Positions 10,683 to 21,389 of a stretch of 64,000 nt of DNA are shown piece by piece. Source of the DNA: a virus; IMG/VR virus record IMGVR_UViG_3300011115_000879, positions 1-64,000 of that record. The stretch is one strand, 5' to 3'. Below the pieces are notes generated by a model. That model ran no database searches. It saw only the letters and a program-made list of their open reading frames with translations, and was not told the origin of the DNA. The position numbers and the translations under genes are program-made. Position 1 is the first letter of the stretch. Each line of letters begins with the position of its first letter.

Positions 10683-11273
10683 ATGAATAGATTAGATCAA
10701 AAATTAAATGTATTGTATAGCACGTCAAGTGATATTAATGAACATCTATACACAATACAAAAATACTCTTCAGAATGTAATACTGTAGTAGAAATGGGAG
10801 TTCGAATCCCAGTCTCAACATTTGCTCTGTTAGCAGGAAGACCAAAAAAATTAACATCGGTTGATTTAATTCATCCTAACCAATTTGGTGGTGGTGACGA
10901 GCTTTTATTAGTTCAGGAACTAGCAGCAGAAGAAAATATTGATTTTGAATTTATACAAAGTGATTCACTTACTTATAAAATAGAAGAATGTGATTTATTA
11001 TTAATAGATACATGGCATACTTACAGACAACTTATAAGTGAATTAATAACACATCAAGATAATGTAAAAAAATATATTATATTACATGATACTACAAGTT
11101 ATGAAATAGAAGACGAAGCAAATTGGGTTCAATCACCAGAACCAAATTTTGTAGGTGAAATAAAACAAGGATTATGGGCAGCTGTTGAAGATTTTCTTTC
11201 AAATTTCCCAGAATGGATTATAGAAAAAAGATATATTAATAATAATGGATTAACAATCCTTAAAAGAAGGTAA
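10683..11273 (+). CDS. Class I SAM methyltransferase (Methyltransf_24-like)
   Basis: VEMGV, DLLLIDTWH, LHDT. Confidence 0.8.
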   Translation: MNRLDQKLNVLYSTSSDINEHLYTIQKYSSECNTVVEMGVRIPVSTFALLAGRPKKLTSVDLIHPNQFGGGDELLLVQELAAEENIDFEFIQSDSLTYKIEECDLLLIDTWHTYRQLISELITHQDNVKKYIILHDTTSYEIEDEANWVQSPEPNFVGEIKQGLWAAVEDFLSNFPEWIIEKRYINNNGLTILKRR

Positions 11274-11275
11274 AT

Positions 11276-12208
11276 ATGAAAAATAAAAAAATCTTCATTA
11301 CAGGAGGAGCTGGTTTTTTAGGGAGGAATTTGGTTAAGCGTTATTACAATGATAATGAAATAACTATTTATTCTAGAGATGAAGCCAAACATTATTATTT
11401 AAAAAAAGAATTTCCAAAAATCAACTGTATAGTTGGGGACGTAAGAAATTATGATTTATTAAAACGAGCCTCTGTTAATCATAATATAGGAATATTTGCC
11501 GCTAGTCTAAAGCAGATTGAAGCTATAGATCAAAATGTTGAAGAAGGAGTTAAAGTTATTATTGAGGGGGCTATTAATTCAAGACGAGTAGCAGAAGAAA
11601 ATAACTTTGAAGCAGCATGTTTTATCTCTTCAGATAAAAGTAGAGCTGCTACTACATTATACGGTGCTATGAAGTTTGTAGCAGGAGAATCATTTATAGT
11701 TAATGCAGAAAAATCTAATGTAAGATTAAGTACTGCAGTTTATGGTAATGTATTAAACAGTACAGGAAGTATTATTCCGTTAATATGGGATGCCATTAAA
11801 AAAGGATATAAATTAAAACTGTATTCTCCTCAAATGACTCGTTTCATGATAGATATAGAACAGGCAATTGATCTAATAGAATATGGATTACAAGTTACAG
11901 GTTATAACATTATCCCAAATTTAAAAAGTTTTAAAGTACAAGATTTATTTGAAATTTATAAAGAAGAATTTGGATTAGAATATGAATTAGGAGAACCTCG
12001 CATCTCAGAAAAACTTCATGAAATGATGATATCTAAAGAAGAAGTACCTCGTACAATATATAATCCAGAACATGATATATATTATATGCATTATAAGAAT
12101 ATTAATTCAAATAAATTCGATTGGGGAGAGTTTGCATCAGATATTACAGTAGTTAATAAACAAGAATTAAAAACAATTTTGCAACACTATGGATATTTTA
12201 AACAGTAA
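11276..12208 (+). CDS. NDP-sugar 4,6-dehydratase (PseB/CapD-like)
   Basis: TGGAGFLG, SRDEAK, ISSDK, YGAMK, YGNV, EKLHE. Confidence 0.88.
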   Translation: MKNKKIFITGGAGFLGRNLVKRYYNDNEITIYSRDEAKHYYLKKEFPKINCIVGDVRNYDLLKRASVNHNIGIFAASLKQIEAIDQNVEEGVKVIIEGAINSRRVAEENNFEAACFISSDKSRAATTLYGAMKFVAGESFIVNAEKSNVRLSTAVYGNVLNSTGSIIPLIWDAIKKGYKLKLYSPQMTRFMIDIEQAIDLIEYGLQVTGYNIIPNLKSFKVQDLFEIYKEEFGLEYELGEPRISEKLHEMMISKEEVPRTIYNPEHDIYYMHYKNINSNKFDWGEFASDITVVNKQELKTILQHYGYFKQ

Positions 12209-12926
12209 TTTACAAGTAGAAAAAATTACAGATCCTTATAATATTTGGGTTATAGATAATTTTTTAAAAGAAGAAGTACTACAGACCATTATTAAAGAAT
12301 GGCCATCTAGTGAAGATGAAATATGGTATAAAGGTCATACTATGGTAGACGGTAGGACTAATATTTTAGAGCAAGGTATGAGAGGAATTAGTAAAATAGA
12401 AAAAATGCCAAAATATATATCGAAAATAATAGATTATCTTCATTCAATTGAATTTACTAATAAACTTGGAAAAATATTAAATATTGATAATTTAGTACCT
12501 GATAAAGCAATGAGATGGTCAGGAATGAGAACTATGTTACCTGGTTCATTTCAATTAATACATAGCGATGCTAGAAAATCCCCAGAAACTGGGTTAAGAA
12601 AAGAAATTACATGTTTAGTATACTTTAATGAAGATTATAATAAAGATAGAGATGAAGGGTGTTTAGAAATATGGAATGATAATATGACTATTCGTACTCA
12701 TGAAATTTCTCCATCATTAAATAGATTAGTAGTATTTTTAAATAGTGATACATCTTTTCATGGAGTACCAAATGTAAAATCAGAAAGAAGAGCAATTACC
12801 TTTTCCATATTAAGAGAAGGAGAAACAACAAAACGCTCAAAAGCCCTATTTGTAGCTAGACCAGAAGATTCAGAAGAAATAAAAAATGAAGGAATTAAAA
12901 GATCTCAAATAAATGATATAAAATGA
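12189..12926 (+). CDS. 2OG-Fe(II) oxygenase
   Basis: VIDNFL, HSD, LVYFN, SFHGV, R. Confidence 0.8.
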   Translation: MDILNSNLQVEKITDPYNIWVIDNFLKEEVLQTIIKEWPSSEDEIWYKGHTMVDGRTNILEQGMRGISKIEKMPKYISKIIDYLHSIEFTNKLGKILNIDNLVPDKAMRWSGMRTMLPGSFQLIHSDARKSPETGLRKEITCLVYFNEDYNKDRDEGCLEIWNDNMTIRTHEISPSLNRLVVFLNSDTSFHGVPNVKSERRAITFSILREGETTKRSKALFVARPEDSEEIKNEGIKRSQINDIK

Positions 12927-13648
12927 ATATTTTGATTCTAGGACATAAAGGTATGTTAGGTCATATGTTGATAAAATATTTAACAGACCAAAATCATACT
13001 ATCCATACAATAGATTATAGATTTCCTTCTATAGAATTTAAAGATAAAATTTTAAAATTTAATGGTGATTATATTATAAATGCTATTGGTGCTATACCAC
13101 AAAAAACAAATTTATTTAATATTAATTATGAATTACCAATTTGGTTATCTCAATATACTGATAATAAAATAATTCATGCTGGAACAGATTGCGAAATAGA
13201 TAATGATGAATATGGTATTTCAAAACGAATAGCGTCTGATTATATAAAAAAATTTAGTACTAATACTAAGATAATTAAATCCTCTATAATAGGACCTGAA
13301 TTAGATTCTAAATCTAGTTTATTAGAATGGTTTTTAGATAGTAAAATTGATGTTAAAGGGTATACTAAAGTAATGTGGAGTGGAATAACTACTTTAGAAT
13401 GGGCTAAACAATGTTTGAATCTAATTAATAATTGGGATAAATTAGAAAAAGAAAATATTATTGAAAGTACTTGTTTATCTAAATATGATTTATTATCTTT
13501 AATAAAAGAAATATTTAATAAAAATATTAATATTATTCCTGAAGATAAAATTATTATTGATAAATGTTTAAAAGGAAATATAAGAACACTAGATATAAAA
13601 ATTCAATTACACGAGTTAAAAAATTACTATTATAATGATTCAATATAA
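12923..13648 (+). CDS. RmlD-like NDP-sugar reductase
   Basis: GHKGMLG, TDC, YGISK. Confidence 0.8.
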   Translation: MNILILGHKGMLGHMLIKYLTDQNHTIHTIDYRFPSIEFKDKILKFNGDYIINAIGAIPQKTNLFNINYELPIWLSQYTDNKIIHAGTDCEIDNDEYGISKRIASDYIKKFSTNTKIIKSSIIGPELDSKSSLLEWFLDSKIDVKGYTKVMWSGITTLEWAKQCLNLINNWDKLEKENIIESTCLSKYDLLSLIKEIFNKNINIIPEDKIIIDKCLKGNIRTLDIKIQLHELKNYYYNDSI

Positions 13649-14561
13649 CGAATATTTTCAAGGTGTAGCTGAAGTTCAAAAACTAGGTTTTCCTGATATA
13701 TCAGATACTAGAATACCTTTAGAATATCTAGAAAATAAACAATTTATTTTATTTAGAACATGCCATTCCTATGGTGATTGGGCACTCCTATCAGCAATAC
13801 CACGACTTTTAAAACAAAAATACCCCGGTTGTATTGTAATAATACCATCTCCAGAATGTATAGGAAAATATTTTGCTCCAGATTCATGGAATTATAAACA
13901 TAGTAATCCATTTAATAATGTTATAGAAGTATTTAAAAATAATCCTTATGTTGATGGAATGATAGATGAAATTCCTCAAGGTATGCCTATATACCATGAT
14001 CATTTTAGGATATATGATCCAAATAATGCTGATATTCCTTTAATTCAACAAATGTTAAAATTTTGGAGATTTGAAGATAATGAAATAAAAGATTGTCAAC
14101 CTGAATTATATTGGGATGATGAAGAAAAAGAAATTGGAAATAATATTATAGAAGAAATATTTAAAAATGAATCTTTTGGATTCCTTTATGTAGATGATAT
14201 ATACTCAGTAGGAGATGGAGTAAATCATAATTGGTACTCAGAAGAAGAAAAACCAGAAAAATTAAAATATAAAAGATCACTAATACAAAAAGAAATAAAT
14301 AAACATAATTTACCCTGGTTATACTATTCAGGACAAGATTCTTTTATATATAAAACTGATAGTAAAATATTTGATGTAAAAGAACTTAATATTAGTTTAC
14401 GCATACAACAATATATTAAATCAAAATCGGAATTAATAATAGGCCATCAGGGTGGATATGGAACAGATTGTATGCCTAGGTATACAAAGTGTTATGTTAT
14501 TCCTTTAACTCCTGGATTTTTAGCAGAACATATATTACTTGGAACAACATATCTATACTAA
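13635..14561 (+). CDS. Putative glycosyltransferase (GT9-like)
   Basis: SYGD..L..LKQKYP, VFKNNPYVD. Confidence 0.55.
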   Translation: MIQYNEYFQGVAEVQKLGFPDISDTRIPLEYLENKQFILFRTCHSYGDWALLSAIPRLLKQKYPGCIVIIPSPECIGKYFAPDSWNYKHSNPFNNVIEVFKNNPYVDGMIDEIPQGMPIYHDHFRIYDPNNADIPLIQQMLKFWRFEDNEIKDCQPELYWDDEEKEIGNNIIEEIFKNESFGFLYVDDIYSVGDGVNHNWYSEEEKPEKLKYKRSLIQKEINKHNLPWLYYSGQDSFIYKTDSKIFDVKELNISLRIQQYIKSKSELIIGHQGGYGTDCMPRYTKCYVIPLTPGFLAEHILLGTTYLY

Positions 14562-14566
14562 TTTTT

Positions 14567-15289
14567 ATGATAATAGCAACACTAAATCACAATCTACCAG
14601 ATTTAACTGATAATTTGGTTAAACAACTACAAAGAGATCCTTTATTTGACCAATGTGAATTAATGGTAATTGATAATGGTTCAAAAGAACAATTAGCAAA
14701 ATCAACAACTCATCAACTAGAAGAAAATATATTTTTTGGAGGTGGACTCAATGTAGCCATAGATTATTTTCTTTCAACAGACCATGATTATTTATATTTT
14801 TTAAATAATGATTTAATATTTCATGGTCCTCGATTTTTATCACAATCATTACAAGAAGCAAAAGATTCAAATGCTGCTGTATATTCTCCTTCCGTTATTA
14901 ATGCTTCAATTGATCAATGTCATTGGAAACAAATGTGGAACTGGGGGAATGGTTTAAGAGAAGTAAAATGGGTAGATTTTCAATGTCCTCTATTACGACG
15001 AGATATTTTAGAATTAATTAAACAATATCCCGATGACTTAATTTATGGTTGGGGTAATGATCTTTATACAGGTTGTATCACTGAAAAATATAATCTAAAA
15101 ACAATAGTATCAGATAATAATACAATCTGTCATTTAAATTCTCAAACATTTGCTCAAAATAAAATTGATATAGGTGTTAGTGAATTCTGTAAGAGAGCAG
15201 AAGAAAATATGTTTAATTACTTTAGGAATTCTGAAATGAATTCATTATATTGGGAATTAAGAAAACACGGTGAAAATTATAAAATATAA
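14567..15289 (+). CDS. Glycosyltransferase, GT2-like
   Basis: VIDNGS, FLNND, GWGND; start moved to ATG 14567. Confidence 0.8.
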   Translation: MIIATLNHNLPDLTDNLVKQLQRDPLFDQCELMVIDNGSKEQLAKSTTHQLEENIFFGGGLNVAIDYFLSTDHDYLYFLNNDLIFHGPRFLSQSLQEAKDSNAAVYSPSVINASIDQCHWKQMWNWGNGLREVKWVDFQCPLLRRDILELIKQYPDDLIYGWGNDLYTGCITEKYNLKTIVSDNNTICHLNSQTFAQNKIDIGVSEFCKRAEENMFNYFRNSEMNSLYWELRKHGENYKI

Positions 15290-15292
15290 AAT

Positions 15293-15811
15293 ATGAAATT
15301 ACATTTAGGTTGCGGAACAAAACACCTTAAAGACTATACAAATATTGATATCCGATACCTTCCAGGAGTAGACGAAGTAAATAATATTCGTTTTTTAAGA
15401 AACTATAAAGAAAATTCAGTTGATGAGATATATGCTTGTCATGTTCTAGAACATTTTGGTAGATGGGAATATAAAGATGTACTTAAGCGGTGGTTTGAAA
15501 TTCTTAAACCCGAAGGCCAATTACGTTTAGCAATACCTAATTTCTCTGCAATATGTTCATATTATATTAAAACAGGAGATCTAAAATCAATAACTGGGTT
15601 ACTTTATGGAGGTCAAGATTATGATGAAAATTACCACTACATTACTTTTGATTATCATAGTTTATCTAATGATTTAAAAGATATGGGCTATAAAACAATA
15701 TCAGAATGGAATACAGAAGATTATCCAGGAGATGATTTTAGTAAATCATATCTACCACATATGGATAAAAACGGAATATTAATGAGTTTAAATATACTAG
15801 CAATAAAATAA
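15293..15811 (+). CDS. Class I SAM methyltransferase (Methyltransf_11-like)
   Basis: LHLGCG, HVLEH, LKPEG. Confidence 0.85.
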   Translation: MKLHLGCGTKHLKDYTNIDIRYLPGVDEVNNIRFLRNYKENSVDEIYACHVLEHFGRWEYKDVLKRWFEILKPEGQLRLAIPNFSAICSYYIKTGDLKSITGLLYGGQDYDENYHYITFDYHSLSNDLKDMGYKTISEWNTEDYPGDDFSKSYLPHMDKNGILMSLNILAIK

Positions 15812-16623
15812 TGAAATTATTTATAAGTCATATTGATAATAAAATTTTAGAAAAAAAATTAGAATCTGTAAAACATATAGATTTTTCTTTATTTGTAGAA
15901 GATATTCCAAAACAGCAAAGTGATTTATCTTCAATAAACATATTACTCTTGTTTGAACCAAATGAATATTTTGGTTTACATGATTGGGCTATCCAAAATC
16001 AACATTTATTTCAAGTTATTTTAACATGGAGTGATAAAGTATTAAATAACTGTGAAAATGCTATTTACTTTCCATTTACTAGTACGTGGTTTACTCAAGA
16101 ACAATATGAAAAAAAACATGAAAAGCGATTTGAGATATCTCATTTATGTGGTAAATTATTAAAAACATATGGACAATCTCTAAGACATGAACTATTAGCT
16201 AGAAAAAATGAAATAAAAATACCTACTAATTTTTACGATGTGTATGGAGATAGATATAATGTTGAAGATGCTAAAAAAGGTAAAGAATTTGTATTTGGAA
16301 ATTCAATGTTTGGAGCTGTTATAGAAAATACTTCTCATAGAGGGTATTTTACCGAAAAAATACTAGATTGTTTTTTAATGAAAACTATACCCGTATATTG
16401 GGGGTGTCCAAATATTGGAGATTTCTTTAACAAAGAAGGTATAATTAGATTTGAAAATATAGATGATTTTATTTATATTTCAAATAATCTAACTTCAGAT
16501 CTTTATTCTCAATATTCTAAAGCAATTGAAGATAATTATCAAATAGCTATTCAAAGTACAGATTATTATTCAAAAATAGTAAGTAAAATAGAAGAAATAT
16601 TTAAACATAATAATTTAATATGA
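15811..16623 (+). CDS. GT10-like (fucosyltransferase family) protein
   Basis: IEN..YFTEKILD..TIPVYWG. Confidence 0.75.
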   Translation: MKLFISHIDNKILEKKLESVKHIDFSLFVEDIPKQQSDLSSINILLLFEPNEYFGLHDWAIQNQHLFQVILTWSDKVLNNCENAIYFPFTSTWFTQEQYEKKHEKRFEISHLCGKLLKTYGQSLRHELLARKNEIKIPTNFYDVYGDRYNVEDAKKGKEFVFGNSMFGAVIENTSHRGYFTEKILDCFLMKTIPVYWGCPNIGDFFNKEGIIRFENIDDFIYISNNLTSDLYSQYSKAIEDNYQIAIQSTDYYSKIVSKIEEIFKHNNLI

Positions 16624-17516
16624 GCAAAACAAAAGTACTAATTCAAATATTTCCTATGCTTAAGGAAATAGATTATTTAGAAAGAACATTATTATTTTTA
16701 AAACAAAATTCTCTATTCATAGATAAAGAAAAATACCACATCATATTAGATGTTACCCTCCCTACCTCAGATTATTTAACAGATTGGGAAAAGTCTATTT
16801 TAAAAAAAGATTATTTTATAAATAGGCTTAAAAACATAGAAAAATATTATGGAAACTGGTGTGAATGTCATTTTAATGCAGATGAAAATGTTAAGGGATT
16901 ATTAGATTGTTTTTTAAATAATTTAAAAAAATACCCTGATATAGATGATATTATTTTACTAGAACCAGATATGATATTTAATCCATATACTCTAAATTTA
17001 TACCTAGAATCTAGCATTCAAGCTAAAACTCAATCTCCAAATTACATAATTACTGCAGAATATGTTAAGATGTGGGATACTAGTTGGGATATTGTTGTTA
17101 ATTCTAAATTTTTAAATGAACCTTTTAATTATAGAAATACTCTTGATCCTATAGTTGATACTTATTTTATTACAAATAACGAAACATATTTAAAACCTCT
17201 AATATTTAATAATAATAAATATTTTAAATTTGGGGGTGGGTGGTTTACTATGTATTCTAAATCATTTATAGATGAAATAGATTTTCCTAATACCTTGGAA
17301 GGGTACGGAGCTTTAGATAACTTTATAATGTATTTTTGTCAAAATAAACCAAATTCAGTAACTCAGTATAAAATTGAAAATTTAATAATCACGGATTATC
17401 ATAACCATGTAGATTCTTATGATAATTATGTTTATTCTCTTAATAAAAAACAAGATTTATATCAGAAAAATAATGATATAATGATGAATCATTTCAAAAA
17501 TAAATTTAACTTATAA
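16620..17516 (+). CDS. Putative GT-A fold glycosyltransferase
   Basis: LLEPD, GGGWF, GYGALD; glycan island context. Confidence 0.5.
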   Translation: MSKTKVLIQIFPMLKEIDYLERTLLFLKQNSLFIDKEKYHIILDVTLPTSDYLTDWEKSILKKDYFINRLKNIEKYYGNWCECHFNADENVKGLLDCFLNNLKKYPDIDDIILLEPDMIFNPYTLNLYLESSIQAKTQSPNYIITAEYVKMWDTSWDIVVNSKFLNEPFNYRNTLDPIVDTYFITNNETYLKPLIFNNNKYFKFGGGWFTMYSKSFIDEIDFPNTLEGYGALDNFIMYFCQNKPNSVTQYKIENLIITDYHNHVDSYDNYVYSLNKKQDLYQKNNDIMMNHFKNKFNL

Positions 17517-17526
17517 TAGAATAGTT

Positions 17527-18162
17527 ATGAAAAATGTATATGATATAACAAATGAATTTGAAAAACGCCTATCAGATTATACTGGAGCTCCATATGTAGT
17601 TACTGTTGATAATCAGAGTAATGCTTTATTCTTATCTCTAATGTATGAGAATGTTAAAGATAAAGATATTACAATTCCTAGTCGCACATATCCTTCAGTA
17701 CCATGTGAAATAGCACATGCCGGAGCTAAAATTAACTTTAAAAAAACTAAAGGTAAAACTATAAAGGGTGCATATCAATTAGAACCTACTAATATTTGGG
17801 ACTCTGCACTCTGTTTTACTGCAGATATGTACAAACCAGGAACTCACATGTGTGTTTCATTTACAGGACCATATAAGCATTTTAAGTTATCTAAAGGAGG
17901 AGCTATATTAACTGATAGTTTAGAAGCATATTTGTGGTTTAAGAGAGCTAGATATAGCGGAAGAAGAGAATGTTCATATCATGATGATCACTTTGATATG
18001 TTAGGATGGAATTTCTATATGATGCCTGAACTAGCAGCTAGAGGAATGTTACTAATGAATCAGTTCTATAATATGGATGGTACCAAAAAACACCAAGACG
18101 ATTTAGAACTACCATACCCAGATTTATCTAAATTTGAAATTTATACTAAAGCTAACAGATAA
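17527..18162 (+). CDS. Compact DegT/DnrJ/EryC1 sugar aminotransferase
   Basis: FEKRLSDY, DSA, SFxxxKxxxxxxGG, GWNFYM. Confidence 0.8.
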   Translation: MKNVYDITNEFEKRLSDYTGAPYVVTVDNQSNALFLSLMYENVKDKDITIPSRTYPSVPCEIAHAGAKINFKKTKGKTIKGAYQLEPTNIWDSALCFTADMYKPGTHMCVSFTGPYKHFKLSKGGAILTDSLEAYLWFKRARYSGRRECSYHDDHFDMLGWNFYMMPELAARGMLLMNQFYNMDGTKKHQDDLELPYPDLSKFEIYTKANR

Positions 18163-18752
18163 TGGAAAAGGTATTAATAGGAGCAGGAGGACATGCTCGT
18201 GAAGTTAAAGCACATATGGGTGATTCTACTATAAAATGTTTTGTAGATAATACATATTGGAAAGAAAATAATGATTATATATTCCCTTTATCTGAATTTG
18301 ATCCGTTTAAATATGAAGTAATAGTAGCTATAAGTGATCCTAAAGTTAGATTAAGTATAATTCAAGATTTACCTAAAGAGACTAAATACTTTACCTATAT
18401 TCACCCTTCGGCACAAATATTATCATACATTGATATAGGTGAAGGTTCATTTATAGGAGCTAATTGTGTTTTAACATGTAATATTAAAATAGGTAAACAT
18501 GCTTTATTAAATAGATCAGTTCATATAGGACATGATACAACTATAGGAGATTATTTTAGTGCAATGCCTGGAGTTATAGTATCAGGTAATGTAATTATAC
18601 ATGATTGTGTTTATTTAGGTACAAATTCTTCAGTTAGAGAAAAAATATCAATTCATAGCTCAACAGTAATAGGATTAAATTCAGGAGTAGTAAAACATAT
18701 TGAAAAATCAGGAACCTATGTTGGTACACCAGCTAAAAAAATAAATTTATGA
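18162..18752 (+). CDS. Sugar acetyltransferase (NeuD/PglD family)
   Basis: GAGGHA, IHPSA, hexapeptide repeats, GTPAK. Confidence 0.88.
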   Translation: MEKVLIGAGGHAREVKAHMGDSTIKCFVDNTYWKENNDYIFPLSEFDPFKYEVIVAISDPKVRLSIIQDLPKETKYFTYIHPSAQILSYIDIGEGSFIGANCVLTCNIKIGKHALLNRSVHIGHDTTIGDYFSAMPGVIVSGNVIIHDCVYLGTNSSVREKISIHSSTVIGLNSGVVKHIEKSGTYVGTPAKKINL

Positions 18753-19912
18753 TATCATTTATAATACCAAGTTACAATAACCTTAAGCATCTTAAGAATA
18801 TTTATACGTCTATAAAGAAACATGAACCCGAAGCAGAAGTTATTTTACTGGATGATGGATCAACTGATGGTACATGGGAATGGATTCAAAAGCAAGATGT
18901 AATTAAATATAGAAGTGAAGATAGAGTAGGTCATACTATTCTGTATGATAAGGGTATTGAGTTAGCAACCAATGAAGTAGTTGGGATACTACATGCTGAT
19001 ATGATTGTAGGACCTAACTATTCAAAGAACTTACTTAAGCATCTTAAACCAGCCACAATAGTATGTGCAACTAGGATAGAACCACCACTACATCCAGAAG
19101 GAAAGGAAAAGATTATTCAAGACTTTGGATTAGATTTCGACACTTTAAACATTTCATCATTTGAAGAATATTGTGACTATGCTCAACAAGAGAATAAAAA
19201 CAAAACAACGAAGGGAATGTTTGCTCCTTGGATACTATATAAAAAAGATTTTCAAGCTATAGGAGGTCATGACCCTTTATTCGCTCCCTTTCCATATGAG
19301 GATTCAGATATCTTTCAAAGATGGATATTAGCTGGATATGAGTTAGTACAAAGCAGAGATGCGTTTGTATATCACTTAACATGTAGAGGACATAGATGGA
19401 ATGATCAAGTAGGTAAGGATGATGATTACTATAAAGTAGTATCAGCTAAAGCAGCTAGAAACTATTTACGTAAGTGGGGTAGTTGGATTAAGAATGATGA
19501 ATATCAATATCCTATAATATTACCTAAATATAACATTGTATTTGCAATTAAGCAATGTAATTCGCAGTTACTAGAAGTATTAGAACCATGGTGTGACAGA
19601 ATATATATTGAAAATAATATGCAACTATTAATGTTGCAATATATAGATAAAGAACAACCTAATACTAAATTTGATCTTAAAAAACGAGTACTAATATTAG
19701 AAAATAATGATCCTATAGGTGAAAATGATATTGTAATTGAATTTAATGCTACTAAACTAACAAATGATAATTTTCAATTAATTCAACAACTACCTGAAAT
19801 CATACAGAGCTCAGGAGAAATAGGAACATTTGAATTAGATATATTTAAAATAACAATTAACAGTTTAGAAACGTACGAGCAAAATTTAATATATTTATGT
19901 GAGAAACACTAA
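18749..19912 (+). CDS. Glycosyltransferase, GT2
   Basis: IIPSYN, DDGSTDGT, HADM, EDSD. Confidence 0.88.
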   Translation: MISFIIPSYNNLKHLKNIYTSIKKHEPEAEVILLDDGSTDGTWEWIQKQDVIKYRSEDRVGHTILYDKGIELATNEVVGILHADMIVGPNYSKNLLKHLKPATIVCATRIEPPLHPEGKEKIIQDFGLDFDTLNISSFEEYCDYAQQENKNKTTKGMFAPWILYKKDFQAIGGHDPLFAPFPYEDSDIFQRWILAGYELVQSRDAFVYHLTCRGHRWNDQVGKDDDYYKVVSAKAARNYLRKWGSWIKNDEYQYPIILPKYNIVFAIKQCNSQLLEVLEPWCDRIYIENNMQLLMLQYIDKEQPNTKFDLKKRVLILENNDPIGENDIVIEFNATKLTNDNFQLIQQLPEIIQSSGEIGTFELDIFKITINSLETYEQNLIYLCEKH

Positions 19913-19916
19913 ATAT

Positions 19917-20465
19917 ATGGCTTCTTCTAGACAACGCACCGTCACCGCTCAAAAGTTAGGTAGAATTATAACATTAGGAGAAATTGAGTCTGAATATGTT
20001 AATAGTGTTATACAGTTAATATATGAGATTAATGAAGAGGACGGTAGAAAAACGCAAGTAGAACCGATAAAACTAATAATTAACTCATCTGGTGGAGATG
20101 TGTATCATAGTTTTGCTTTAGTTGATGTAATTTCTAACTCACTTACTCCAATATATACAATATGCCACGGAATGGCTATGTCAGCTGCGTTAATAGTATA
20201 CGCAGCTGGACATAAGCGATTTGCAAGTCAACGAGTAACATTCATGTATCATGAAATAGCATGGGCAGTACAACAAGAAAAATTACAATACCATTCACAA
20301 GAGGTGAAAGAAGGTGAAAGGCTGTGGAAGATATATGATGATTATCTACTTTCTAAAACCCAATTTACCGAAAAACAACTATCAGACGTTATAAATACGC
20401 GTAGTGAATGGTATTTTGATGTGGAAACAGCACATAAGTACGGATTAGTAGACGAAATAATTTAA
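19917..20465 (+). CDS. ClpP-like peptidase
   Basis: INSSGG, GMAMSA (Ser), MYH (His), YGLVDEI; ATG 19917 follows ATATTTAT. Confidence 0.82.
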   Translation: MASSRQRTVTAQKLGRIITLGEIESEYVNSVIQLIYEINEEDGRKTQVEPIKLIINSSGGDVYHSFALVDVISNSLTPIYTICHGMAMSAALIVYAAGHKRFASQRVTFMYHEIAWAVQQEKLQYHSQEVKEGERLWKIYDDYLLSKTQFTEKQLSDVINTRSEWYFDVETAHKYGLVDEII

Positions 20466-20504
20466 TATTTATACATAAATAACAATAAATAAAAAATAGC
20501 ACAA

Positions 20505-21368
20505 TTGATTAACGAAGCAAAAAGATTTCAAAAATTAGCTAATATTCTTACTGAAGCAGTAGAAGTACCAACATGGTTAGCAGGTAAATTAGAAGATGTC
20601 CATACTAAACCAGGTCAGGGTTCTATATTTGCTAAATCTGTTAGTGATGTATTAAAATTAGCACAAGAAGCCTTAGATAAAGAACCAAATATTGATAAAA
20701 TTGCTAATAGTACAGGTACATTAACAATTAAATCCTCAGGTATTGGATATAATTTAGTATTACCTATTGATAAAGCTAAAGCATTACCTGGAGCAAAAGA
20801 GAGTGAAGTAGAAAAAGTTGAAGGTCCTAATAAAATAAAAGTACCTGCAGTTACAACTACGGCTTCACTTACACAATTTAAAACAGATGAATTAACAGTC
20901 ATTGTTCGCCCTAAAAAAGACGAAAGTGGAGCTGTAATTCCAAATGAGTATATTGTATTATCAGTATTCCCTGGTGATCCTAGTATTCCTAGAGCATCAG
21001 AATGGGGAGGTAAATATGCCGTAGTTATTCCGGGTGATAAAGAAGAAAATATTGAAAAAGCAGTAACTGAAGCTTTAAAAAAATATCGTATATCGTTAAA
21101 AGAAAATGAAAATATTGATATTTCTGAGAATAAATTTGATCAAATATTAGATGATGCTTGGACAATTGCTTTAGATGCACATATTCCTGAGGAAGATCCT
21201 CAAGGTTTCTTAGATAATGTTAATTTTATTGCAGACAGAGAAATAAAAGCAATTAATCCAAATTATTCTGTTAATCATGTACATTATCATGGTGGAAAAA
21301 TTGAATTTAATATACATGATAATAATACTGAAAAAACAATTATAACAAATACCAATTATTCTTTATAA
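20505..21368 (+). CDS. Probable virion/internal head protein
   Basis: INEAKRFQKLA leader and I/L-x-E motifs; late motif at 20465; start codon uncertain (TTG 20505 or ATA 20496). Confidence 0.55.
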   Translation: MINEAKRFQKLANILTEAVEVPTWLAGKLEDVHTKPGQGSIFAKSVSDVLKLAQEALDKEPNIDKIANSTGTLTIKSSGIGYNLVLPIDKAKALPGAKESEVEKVEGPNKIKVPAVTTTASLTQFKTDELTVIVRPKKDESGAVIPNEYIVLSVFPGDPSIPRASEWGGKYAVVIPGDKEENIEKAVTEALKKYRISLKENENIDISENKFDQILDDAWTIALDAHIPEEDPQGFLDNVNFIADREIKAINPNYSVNHVHYHGGKIEFNIHDNNTEKTIITNTNYSL

Positions 21369-21389
21369 AAATAACTTTAAATAAAATCA

